In this document: one piece after another, positions 53,501 to 64,000 of the stretch
Layout of the letters: each line of letters starts with the position of its first letter
How positions within the stretch are numbered: position 1 is the first letter of the stretch
DNA from: Daphnia carinata
Taxonomy: Eukaryota
Direction of reading: 5' to 3'
NCBI RefSeq assembly: GCF_022539665.2
Contig: NC_081331.1
Location: 1,364,001 to 1,428,000, forward strand
DNA: 64,000 bases
Program-made: the position numbers and the translations under genes
Notes under the pieces: model-generated
Told to the model about the DNA's origin: nothing
What the model saw: only the letters and a program-made list of their open reading frames with translations
Databases searched by the model: none

Positions 53501-55204
53501 ATATAGAAAAAAAAAGTGCAATAAATAAATCAACACGATACAACTTTTTTTTCTTCTCCATTGTGAGACGTTGGCAGCCGCACATCTAGCACGTTGCACG
53601 TTCCTAACGCTGTTTTACGTAACTGTGCTGGGCTATACAATAGCCATGTCTCACAATAGTGAAAAGGGAAATCACAAAGTTGGACAACACCAAAGTTGTT
53701 TTCTGCTATCTACATTATATTATAACTCTTTGTATATACACGCATCGACTGCTTCAGTGAATCAGCTGCTAGCCTTTTCTCGGACACTCGGACGGTTCCT
53801 TTTCTTTCTTTCTGTGTGTATGTTTGTGTGTGTGTACTGCACTCGCAACTGACACACACAAATATAGAAAGAAAAGGTCCATCACTGAGGAACTCGGTCG
53901 TCACTCGGCCCATGTGAGTGTAGGGAGCTGCGACAACACAACGCTGTCCATTTCTCTTTTGCCTCTCTATCTGGAACTCTCCTTCGAAAAGTTTGAGTTT
54001 TCACTCGTCTTCACCATCTAGTGCCCTTATCCTAACCATTAAGGATGCGTGAAGAAGCCTGTGGTATAGCTTTATTACATATATAATCAACGAACGCGCT
54101 ACCCGCAGCACAAGAGCGACTCGGGGCTATGGACTGCCTCTCACACGACTCCTACCAACTGCTCAATTCCTCATTTCATTGTTTAATTGGTATCTGCACA
54201 ACGCATTAGTTCAATGTTGGCCAACAGTAACATTGTTTTTTTTTTAAGACAGACGTAAAAATGCGTTTAAATTTTTTTCGTTATTAGGTTTAACGACTAC
54301 GGGATTAAAAGCGGTCCCGAAATTAGAACAAATCCTTCAATACATTTTTTTCGTTTTCTTTTCACCGTGATATAACGTCAGTATCTTGAGGGGAGCGCAT
54401 GAATACGACGCTGATACGCAGAGACAATGACAGCAGCTAAATTGCAAACAGCAGACGCTGTGCACATGGTGCAGTAGCGCCAGTTCACGCCACAATCCCA
54501 ATCTTAAGCAGGCTACTTAGAATAGTGTGTTTCTAAAATGAAAAAAGGGCCCTGCAGCTTCTTGCATAAACGATGAGCGTCGCCCGGATGCTCTGATACT
54601 TGTTGCCTCAACTTGTGATATGGAGAAAACAAGAATGGAAGCGTATGTAAACCTATAAACCCATACCGTTATAGGCTTACATAAGTAGCAATAAGAGCTG
54701 TAGATATGCAGTACTCAGTATGCGAACGTGTATATCGATCGACTGATTTTTGCCAGGGTAGAATCTGACCCCTGTGTGGTGCTTGTGTCATGCCTTTCGA
54801 TTTCGAACTTTGCGAATTTTTTTTTAAGCTATTTGTTGTGCTTTCTTATCTTTGTATGCAAGTTTAACACGTTCACGTTGGTCAATTCAGAATAATAAGA
54901 GATCGATGAAATTGGTCGTAAATTATCTTTTGAAATCTCGACAAACCACGTAATATAAAAAATAAACTCGGATCTTTTTCGTTCATTGGTTGTATAGGCT
55001 CAACGGGACCTGCAGGCGATCATTCGGGAACTGCGCTTCATCACTTCAAAACTGAAGAAGAAAGAGGACGAAAACGATTTGATTGCCGACTGGAAATTCG
55101 CCGCCATGGTGGTCGATCGCATCTGCCTCTTCATCTTCACCATGTTCACCATTATCGCCACGCTGGCCGTGCTCTTCTCCGCTCCGCACATCATTGTGCA
55201 ATAA
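29533..55204 (+). CDS. nAChRalpha6: Nicotinic acetylcholine receptor alpha subunit, alpha6-like (alpha5/6/7 group); whole gene span, join(29533-29584,42876-43015,43526-43570,43915-44024,45755-45935,46001-46271,48482-48568,50047-50156,50294-50839,54998-55204), 582 aa
   Basis: The spliced product has a signal peptide, loop [12 protein letters not shown], Cys-loop [15 protein letters not shown], loop B FGSWTYDG, loop C YTCCPEPY (vicinal Cys marks an alpha subunit), GEK before M2 (cation channel), four TM helices and a C-terminus SAPHIIVQ* as in insect alpha6. All introns are GT-AG and phases match. The alpha6 orthology is from recalled sequence similarity, not a phylogeny. Confidence 0.93.
34080..34097. 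repeat. C18 homopolymer in receptor intron 1
   Basis: Direct reading. Confidence 0.9.
39152..39185. repeat. Perfect 17-bp tandem duplication (TATTTTGAAAGTACACG)x2
   Basis: Direct reading. Confidence 0.9.
42876..43015 (+). CDS. nAChRalpha6: nAChR exon 2 ([25 protein letters not shown]...LMQIIDV)
   Basis: ttttccacag| acceptor, GTG|gtaag donor, 140 bp; typical alpha7-group N-terminal helix. Confidence 0.97.
43526..43570 (+). CDS. nAChRalpha6: nAChR exon 3 ([15 protein letters not shown], loop D; insect exon 3a type)
   Basis: ttttatctgctag| acceptor, TTG|gtaaga donor, 45 bp, phase 0/0; absent from the ORF track. Confidence 0.97.
43915..44024 (+). CDS. nAChRalpha6: nAChR exon 4 ([37 protein letters not shown], loop A)
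   Basis: actacag| acceptor, AG|gttatt donor, 110 bp. Confidence 0.97.
45755..45935 (+). CDS. nAChRalpha6: nAChR exon 5 (loop E, Cys-loop, loop B)
   Basis: [60 protein letters not shown]; tgtag| acceptor and ATG|gtcagt donor, 181 bp. Confidence 0.97.
46001..46271 (+). CDS. nAChRalpha6: nAChR exon 6 (loop F, loop C, M1; equivalent to insect exons 6+7)
   Basis: [90 protein letters not shown]; follows a 65-bp intron; G|gtatgt donor. Confidence 0.97.
48482..48568 (+). CDS. nAChRalpha6: nAChR M2 exon ([28 protein letters not shown]; insect exon 8b type)
   Basis: 87 bp, phase 1/1, cgtag| acceptor and G|gtaac donor. Confidence 0.97.
50047..50156 (+). CDS. nAChRalpha6: nAChR M3 exon ([36 protein letters not shown])
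   Basis: tttgtttag| acceptor, TGG|gtaagt donor, 110 bp. Confidence 0.97.
50294..50839 (+). CDS. nAChRalpha6: nAChR M3-M4 cytoplasmic loop exon
   Basis: [19 protein letters not shown]...[22 protein letters not shown] followed by a Gly/Ser/Gln-rich stretch; the CAG|gtaaaa donor is in phase with the last exon. Confidence 0.9.
54998..55204 (+). CDS. nAChRalpha6: nAChR last coding exon (MA helix, M4, stop)
   Basis: [68 protein letters not shown]; tgtatag| acceptor. Confidence 0.96.
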   Translation, partial: AQRDLQAIIRELRFITSKLKKKEDENDLIADWKFAAMVVDRICLFIFTMFTIIATLAVLFSAPHIIVQ

Positions 55205-56635
55205 AGCAAAAAGAAAAAGGGAACATAAACGAAGAGAAAAAACATTGAAGATTAGATAGACTCGATCTCCCCCTTGCCATCAGAGTGTTTTTGCGTCATC
55301 GGGATGCGCACGGGAAACTTGTTGTGGAGCGTGGGATCCCCGTCGTCTTCTCCTTTTTTTTTTCAGCCGATCCGGTGTCTCCATTCCGCTCCCGCACACG
55401 CACACACACACACACATACGCAAGTGTATAAACACGGTTTATATGTGTACAGTATACAGGGCTGTATATCGATCTTCATATGTTGGCGTAGAGTCACGTG
55501 CGATCCTGCTGCCGCCGCTACCGACTTGCTAAAAGGAAAAAAAAAAGTTTAGAGAAATGATAAAAAGAAAAACGAATAAGGAACTTTTACTTACCGCGCG
55601 ACAACCGTCGACACGACTGCCAGAAAAAGACAAAAATTGCGTAACCAAAAAAAAAAAAACTCCAAAAAAATGTATAGGTGGGTTCCTGCCCCCACCGACA
55701 TGGACCTGCTCTTTTGATAAATGTATTTCTATGGTATGCTGCGTGTAATGCATGTGTGTGTATGTTGCTGCGTATAGTAACGGCCTAGACTAGGTTTTAT
55801 ATATATATATATATACGACAGGCGAATGTGACGGACATTAAAAGCGTTTTATAATAGTCCTGCGAGAAATAAACCCAAGTGGCGGGAGAGTGAAGTAAAA
55901 GAAACACGAACGCCAAACCAATGCGATGATGAGGGAGTTGGATGTCGGGCGGAAAAAAGAAATACATTAAAAACAAAAGGATAGAATAAACGAAGTATGT
56001 CAAGCAGTTGAAGATTGGGCAGGGCATATCTCACATTTCATGATGTGTTTCGACTTACAGAGAGAAAACAAAACGATCCGAGATCGTTAGAGCCTGGACG
56101 GACAGATTGAGAAGAAAGGAAACAGGGCAAACCATCGCTAACCAGCACAATCAACAACAACAACGAAAATCAGCTCGTTCAAGGATGTATACTGTACATA
56201 TAATACTATCGTTCCTTCTCTTTGTTTTCTTGGCTCTTACAGCAACACATTTTTTCGTTGTCTTCCTTTTCTTCCATAAAAGAGAGAGACGTCCTAGATA
56301 TACACTTATATGTAGCGTAGTATTTTTTTTTTTTTAAGAGGAAGGCCGTATCGTAAGTTACGCAAGTCACGTGCCCAAACGCTCAGCATCTTTTTCTTCC
56401 TACTTCCTTTTTCCTCCCCACTGTACTTCCATCATCTGAAGAATATGAACACTTTGATTTGGGTAGGTGTGGCATCATGGAATTTTTGGATCTCTCTCTC
56501 TCTCTTTTCCTTTAAATATATACCCTGGTCTTTCTCATTTGTGGTTTTGGGTTCTTGCTCCTGTTTCTGTTTTTCAAAGCGACATTAACTCATTTGCTCC
56601 CTTGGAGCTCAATTCCTCTGTGTTTGTGTCTATGT

Positions 56636-56786
56636 TTGTGTGTGTGTGTGTGTGTGTGCGTGTGCATTGTATATATTATTATACTTCCCTTCACCGTTTC
56701 CCTGCGTGCTTCGTCTCCAAGTGCTCAATCAATATTTCCTTTTTTTTTTTTTTGCCTCTCTTTTCTCTCTCTCTCTCTCTCTCTCT
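56636..56786. repeat. Cluster of (TG)n, poly-T and (CT)n repeats downstream of the receptor stop codon
   Basis: Direct reading. Confidence 0.85.
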
Positions 56787-59103
56787 TCGATAAATATACG
56801 ATGCGACCCTCCTCAATTTTCTCTTGTCATTCTTGCTCGCTCACTCACTTCACATTTCTTATTGCTATTTACTGCTTCTTCCCGGTGTGTCTTTTCATCG
56901 TCTTGTTCACATTTACTTTTTGTAAAGATCGAACTCTATTTCCATCTACCGTGTCATCCCAATCTTCTACTGTCCCACACTGTCGTTAAAACAAAAACAA
57001 AAATACGGAGATGAACGTGCCCGTTTCTACCGGAGCGAATTCTTATGGTGAAAATGGATCTTAACTGTTATATAGGGCACACATAGACACACGATGCGTC
57101 ACGTCTCCAAGGCCAAAGCAATCCATCGTTTTTTGTTTTTTTTTCAATTCCCATCTAGCCATCATACCATCGTATAACATACTTGCCAAAAAGAAAAGAA
57201 AACAAACTTGGTGTTTCTCTTTTTAATAACCTTCCCCAGGCCTGAGATTGTGTGTTGTATTATCTGCGTGTCACCTCTACAGTCACCCACGTACGCCCAC
57301 CTGTCAAACTGTTGTATTCTCAATATGATCGATACCGTACGTGTTAGGCGTGTGCGTACCCACGGAACATCAAAGTCTTTCTCTCTTTTTTTCCCTCCCC
57401 TCTTTCATCTACTTTTTCTTCTTCAACCGTGTCGATCTTTAATCGTCAACCCCATTCCGTGAACATCCATCATGATTCAACTTTCTTTAATATACATATA
57501 TCTTTTTATTCACTTTTAAAAAGACACACACCAACAAGTATATTGCGAAATGGACAATCAGTATGTCCTAAATCCACTTTCCCTCTTTCGATTTTTTGCC
57601 AGCCGATCGAAGCCACTTTGCCCCACATGCACACTGAATAATTTGCATATCCCCTTGGTCGTTTGAAAACTTCTGAAATTGTTTTTCGTTGTTGTTGAGA
57701 AGTGAAATAAAAATCAAGGAAAATGTATCGGTGAGAATGGCGGGGTTGTGTGGAAATGACGAGTGATTTACGTCTTGATAAAACATCAATTTTGTTCGGT
57801 AGTTTCGGAAAACTATTATTGATCTACGGCTGATGATTAATGTACGTCATTTATGTCAGTTTCTGTTGGCAAAAAAAAAAAACATTTTCCTTGTCCCAAC
57901 TTTTCCTTGTCCGTGCGTATGAATGTGTGATTGTTTGCTATGTAGTGCAATTAGTTGATCTTACACCAAATGTCCCTCATTCTGTATCTGCTCCCTTGTT
58001 CCTTCCATTTTATAAACGGTACTATACCTTTATTATATCATATATTATTACACGATGTTCGGTGATGACAAACGGCAAGGGCGAACCGGGAAATCATGTT
58101 GTTCATTTTCGTCTCAAAATTTCCCAAATCTCAAAAACCATATAAATTGTTTCACGAAGAAAGCATTTCAGCAAGATCACATACAATTTCTTTTCGAATT
58201 ATTCTTTTAATTGTCGTATCTTCGCAATATTGTTATACAGAATACGTATTTCCAGACTGCAAGTGGAGATATAATTGGTTCAAGATTGCAAAGGTCAGCA
58301 ACGATTTTCCTATAGAATGTTTCGGCTTCGGCTGAATTTGGGCAAATAGAAATAAATTGCCTTCTTGTATTACAAAATGTGTTAGATGAATAATGGGTTG
58401 CTATACACTCTTTTGCTGGTGTACATATTTATAGTTGATGTATGACAAGTAAAACATATTCACAGCAGGCCAGACAGTCGTGCCACAAGACATTACTTTT
58501 CCTCTTCGTTCAGCATTGCGAAAACACACACACGTTAAAATTGTTTAGCTGTTTCTTGTAATAGTTGTTCTATGATGGAGATGGCAACAGGAAAAACAAA
58601 CATCAGTGCATCATTGTCTCCAATTGGGATACATTTTGTTTTTTAAAAGAAAAGAAGAATGAAAAATAAAATTGATTCTGTGTGTGTATGTCACAGAATA
58701 AATGCGTATAAGTGCTAAACAAAATCTCCGCGAAAGAAACTTTTTCGCTGATGTTTACGGAAACAAAGTTGATGAAAATTTGATGGAGAAAAACCGCGAG
58801 ACAAGAAAAAAAATTAAAGTATATAGCCACTTCCCAGCGAAAAGCTTTAATTATTTACACTGCTACATCCTCGCTAACTCTAAACTAAAATGTATCTACA
58901 CCGCACATTTTCCGACTGCTCGACTATCTTCGCCGCTCACAATTGTGTTTACCATATGTGTATGACGCGTAAGTAAATATGTATCGTACCAAAAACGAAG
59001 TGATCAAATAATAAATGCCATCCCCAAAAAGGCAAAACTATTTATCCGTTTCCCCTCCATTTTTTTTTATCTATCTCGCTCGATCCTATTTGATAACCGG
59101 CCA

Positions 59104-60553
59104 CTACAATTGAGCAATTTCACAGAGCCGGACGGAAGGGTCGGGAGTCCACAAATCGTACCACGGCCCGCAACGCTGGTCATCGCTGGCATCGTCTGAT
59201 AGTTGATCCAAACTGCGCGAACTGCCCGATTTAGCCGATTGCAAACGCTTTTTCAAACGCAAGCTGTATTCCTCGAATTCGGCCTTCATTTGACGCTGTT
59301 CTTCCCCTGCCACGATTGTAGTCCTTCTGGCCATCTCCAGCGGCGATGATGTCCCGTCTAATTGGTCTAGATTGAACTGAACTCGTAGCGACGGCGAAGA
59401 GGCATGCAGCCAGCAATCCGGCTGAAATTTGCGAGGCAAGGTGTGCGGCATGATGCCCGATCGATCGTAGTCAGCTCGAGAATAAGGTGACGCTTCAGTA
59501 CCTTGGTCGGTACCTCTGTCTAAACGTCCAGGATAAAATGGATGCAATAGGGCTAACGTCGGCGGCCAAGACGGCAAATTCGGTGGCAAAAAGCGGTCGA
59601 TGGCCATATAGCCAGACTCGCTGGATCCAGGATCTAGTAGATCTGACTCGCTTCCATATTTGCGCCAGCCTAAATTAGAGCGACGGCTCTCCGATCGAGT
59701 CACTCGACGTCGGGCAGTAGTACAGTTCAATCGAGATGGTGGGCGGGGATCTGTTGCTGGGCAACTTTTGGGTAAAGGCATCGGAGGACGCCAACCGACG
59801 TAACAGGGCACGGACGACTTGTGCTGCCATGGTGTCACCTCAGCAGCAACTGACGGCTGTTGTTGATGAACGTCCTGGAAGAACAGCGCCGTATCCAGGA
59901 AGGAATCCTTTGAACGGGTGCGAAACAGCGCTGTTTTCAGTAGACCTGGCGCTGCGGATAATTTGTTTTTGATCTTGGCTGCAGTCGCCATGCTGCTAGT
60001 TGTTGCCGCCGTCGACACCGGATCACGTGATCCCACCGATCCGTTCGATGGTGTATTCTTCGTGAACAGTCCCGACAGACGTCGAACAGCTCCTGAACGA
60101 TCTGTCGTTTGTTGATGTTCATTCTGCTGTCCTGCACCTTGATTTTTCTCATTTTCAAATTTATTAATTGCAGTCTCCTCGCTTTTCTGGGCGTTGCAAT
60201 GTCGCCGCAATTGTTTTGATGCTTTAGAGCGCGTCAGCGTTGCCAAATAGCCCAACACGGGAGGGTAACTCGAAAGTTTGTTATTAGTCTGAACGATAGA
60301 CGGAGAACAAGCAGAAGAATTATTAGCGCTCGGTTGCTGTTTGCCCCCGTTCGTCGCGATGATGTTGTCCACGTTAGGGCGTGTCTTGGTCGGTCGATCG
60401 AGTGTCATCGAAAGGCCTTCGTTGTAGTAAAATGGAGTTTCTTCTCCTTTTTTTCGGCCATCATTCGATCGCTTGGTGCTGCTTTTGCGCGGCCTCCAGT
60501 CGGCTGCCTCCGATGCGCTACATATGCTGTTTTGGCTCACGTCCACAGCTGAG
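59104..60553 (-). CDS. Large terminal coding exon (~482 aa, largely disordered) of the same convergent gene
   Basis: A 1.45-kb ORF in AT-rich DNA. The acceptor ctcttgtacag|C is phase 2, matching the donor at 63622 (AA+C = Asn). It ends ...GPWYDLWTPDPSVRLCEIAQL*. No domain recognised. Confidence 0.75.
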
Positions 60554-63500
60554 CTGTACAAGAGCCAATGACGCGACAGGTTGGGTGGAAATCTGTTGAT
60601 TTTCCAAGAGTCATGTAAACAATATCTCTAGATATACACGAAAAACATTGTCATCTAAAAATGTAAGCTCTGCGTCGTCGTGGATGGCGTGCACCGAATA
60701 ATAAAAGGAGTAAACATATTGCTGTGAAAAAAGATAGTAAGAGCGGATAAACGAGTATTACGAAAGAAAAAGAAGATGCCAATAGTTGAGCTTTCATCGT
60801 GGATGAAAGTAAGAAGCAAAGGAGAAGAGCCCATAAGGAAGAAAGAAAACGAATAAAAACGTGTGTACACTACATATAGCTGAAAGGTAGCTGACGCACA
60901 TACGTACCGAAGAAGACAAGAAGAACAAATGAAAAACGTGATGAAGAGATACGCTACGACATACGTTTTCGAATAGAGTCACATGAAAGAATCTGTAGGA
61001 ATATAGCCCGTCTTCTTTTCCCTCCATTTTGTTTAGTTAATACACCCATTCGTTGTCTGTAAAGCTTTATGATCATTGTTGTTATTATCAGAGCGTGGTA
61101 GAAGCAGGAAAAAGAAGTAGAAAGGGCAGACATATATACCGAACAACCCACTCGTAATAGGCAACCGAAGATCGTGTATGTAATCACAGGTCAAAGGCGT
61201 CCAAGACACGATGGCGAAACGGGAAAAAAATGATGGGAGTGAGAAGGGGGGAAATGATAACGAGATCATCTCTCTACATGAGCCAGCACTAAAGCAAGAA
61301 TCATATACAAATGGAGATGTGACACAACAAGAAAACAGACATACGAAAAAAAAGGAGAAAACAACATAATGTCTAAATAGGTTTTTTTTTCCAGTTGCCC
61401 TCCGCATACCGGCCATTGGAGCACGTCGAATCGATCTTCCGCACAGTCGACTACTCCAAGCGGATGAAAAAAAGGGAAGGTTTTTTTGCAAAGACGTCAA
61501 CACAATTGAAATTTTCTTTTGTCTTTTTCTTTTTTTTTTTTTTTGAAAGGTTTTTTTAAAAAATGTCTTTTCCACTTCGAATCAAAAGCACCATCACCGA
61601 AGAAGCGTTGCCATTCTGGGTATACTGTCGTCACATGGAGAAAAGAAAAGAAAGCCAAAAACGACAACAACAGGTTGATTTCAGTCTTGTAAAAGCCAAG
61701 TCAAGCACCAGTCAAGCAGAAACCAACAGATTCTTTTTCAAAATTTCTTTGTGACTTAAGAGTTATGAGAAATCGGAAGAAAAAAAAGGACGGAAACGCG
61801 ACGTGAAGTAGAAGGGAGCCCGTCAAGTAAGAGAGAATATGTTGTGAAAGAAAAGTGGAGGGAGGATTCAGACGAGAACGAGCTTCCCCCCCCGGAAAAA
61901 AAAGATCCAAGAGGTTGCGATAAGAGAAGAACGAGTGAAACGGAGAGTAGGAGGAAATCAATAAAGCCGCGCAGCACCCCCGACCAACGTGACGTTTCCG
62001 AAAGACCCGCTTATTCAGCCCCATCCATCATCATTCGTCGTTTTTCCAATTGACTGCTGCTACTATAGCACTACTACTACTACTACTCCTGTCTTACTAT
62101 AATATGGACTGACCTGCTAGACTACCTCGTTCTCTTATTTCGGAGTGCACCAAGAGCTTTCTACTTCATCAAGCGTCTAACTCTATTGCTGTTCTTCTTT
62201 TTCGCTTAAAGGAAACCAGAGATTCAGCATTCTTCTTTGACCGATTCCGGAAGAACCGAGACTACATTGTAACGCCACGGCTAGTATAGATTACGAGCGT
62301 TCGCAGATCTGATTGACGCGTCAATTGCGTTTAGCGAATGAGCCTGATTGGGTTACCATTTTTGCTTTTCCTCTTTCGAATTAAAAACGCGATTATTGAA
62401 AATGGGAAGAAATGAAATCAGGGAATACTCTTTTTCGATCGAAAAAAATTAAATAAAATCCCGTTGTGGAACGAAGTGCCGTCTCTTCTCAACGGTCTAT
62501 CAACATTGACATGATTGTCGAGACTATGACAATCTATCAAGTATAGTTTGCGAGAAGGAAAAAAAAAGGAGATTTTTGAGAAGAAAAGAAAATGTTATTG
62601 GCAATAGAGTGTTGAGGGAGAAAATGGATGCACATTGGATGGAATTACGAGATGGAAAGCGGCCCGTACAGGCAAAGGCTACACTATCTATAAACTTCTA
62701 GAAAGAATGATGTAAAAAGAAAGGAAAGAGAATGAAGACGAATCGATAAATATGACTTAGTCTGTATACATACGGAGGCGTGGCCTATATTACCACCACT
62801 CTATACACCAAGAAGGGCACCATATGCTTTCACGGAGAAGAATTGGCGTCTAACGTACTGCACGTATCGGTGGTTCTATAGACAGCGCCGCTAGCCCGAT
62901 AAAAATCCGATAAATCTAATCAGAAAAAGAAAATGCGGCCAGCACGGGCAGATGGTAGGCATTGTGGTGATGGCGTACGACGATCGATCCCCATCCTTCT
63001 ATTTTCTGTGCAGAACCCCAGCACGCTTCACGTCAACTCGCATATTGACTATACCTACATATTGACAACACGCGTGCATGGAAATCAGAACGCGGTCTTT
63101 CACGCACCGGATAAAGTCCCATTATATCGCAAAGGTCTATTTTCTTTTCACATGTGTGTCCACACCCGAGTGGGCCCTGCCTACACCTTAACCGTCCTAA
63201 CGTAATTGGATCATCATTTCAAAAAAAAAAAAGAAAAACTTACCGTAAAACCAGGGCAAAAAAAAAACTAAAATAAAGATAGGACGTACAGTTTAATAAT
63301 TGGGGCGGGGGGGGGGGATGTAAAAGGGGAAACGGATCCAGTTCAGCGAACGAAAATACTACAAATAAACGAGAACCTAACAAAAGAAAGTGGAATAACG
63401 GCCGGTGAGCCCTAATAATCCTCGATATAATAACCACATATATCCTGGAGCAGTTTAGAGAACCGCCACATTAGAAGATGAGGTGATCTATAATTACATC

Positions 63501-63621
63501 TAATCATCAACTCCAAAAGTAGAAGATAGTGGCTTATGTTTTTCGAGTTTTCCCTTTTTCCAATACGCTGTGATTTACAACTTGCCTTATCTTCTATTAG
63601 TATTGACTGTAATGAACTTAC

Positions 63622-64000
63622 TTGAGGCTCTCCTCGTCCGAGTAGTCGACTTCGGGTGCCGGAGGAGGCGATGGCTGTTCCAGCAGAGTCGACGGAGGTT
63701 GTTGATGGACGAGTGAAACTGATGGCTCATTGGCAAAGCCGCTATCGCTGCTGCTCCGCAGGCTAAGATCAGCTGTGTTGGTCATTCCTAACAGGAGCGA
63801 GTGCTGCTGGATTGAAGTGGATGCCGGAGTCGTTTGGATGCGTGGCGGAGGGGCGGGTGCTTTCTTGGTCGGAGAAAAGACGGCGGTGCTAGTAGTGGTG
63901 GTGATGAAAGGTGAATTGCTGCTGGACGCGGAGATGTTATTCATTGTGGAGGAGCTAAACATTTTAGGTGTTGAAGCGGAATGGGAAAGTGGTAACATCG
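63622..64000 (-). CDS. Internal coding exon (5' truncated by window) of an unidentified Ser/Thr/Pro-rich protein
   Basis: Frame open from the window edge, coding-like GC, ...KKAPAPPPR...SSSDSGFANEP...PPPAPEVDYSDEESL, ending at the perfect donor AA|GTAAGT (phase 2). Confidence 0.75.

Noticed and set aside
55000..55245. Minus-strand ORFs overlapping receptor exons (also 45618-45890, 45947-46153, 50290-50481)
   Set aside because: Antisense shadows of the real coding exons.
1..64000. CRISPR arrays, tRNA/rRNA genes, intact transposase or reverse transcriptase ORFs
   Set aside because: None seen by eye; the DNA is eukaryotic and has no regularly spaced repeat-spacer structure.

Overview
Eukaryotic, intron-rich arthropod DNA. 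AT-rich introns, A/T/C homopolymer runs and GT/CT microsatellites suggest a Daphnia-like crustacean, which is my inference. The centre holds a complete + strand nicotinic acetylcholine receptor alpha subunit gene of the insect alpha6 type. I reconstructed it by hand as 10 coding exons (29533-55204, 1749 nt, 582 aa), all with GT-AG introns in consistent phase. It has only one exon 3 (3a-like) and one exon 8 (8b-like), a long Gly/Ser/Gln-rich M3-M4 loop, and a uORF whose stop overlaps the start codon. On the left, a minus-strand exon (3482-3722) encodes a signal peptide ending in a phase-1 donor and resembles exon 1 of the receptor, so it may start a head-to-head paralog that leaves the window. 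On the right, the last two coding exons of an unidentified convergent minus-strand gene encode a low-complexity protein. The spacer contains a 750-bp element with 160-bp inverted repeats and 60-bp direct repeats, plus a possibly decayed coding segment. Most ORFs in the supplied track are spurious. I found no prokaryotic-type system such as CRISPR or an operon.
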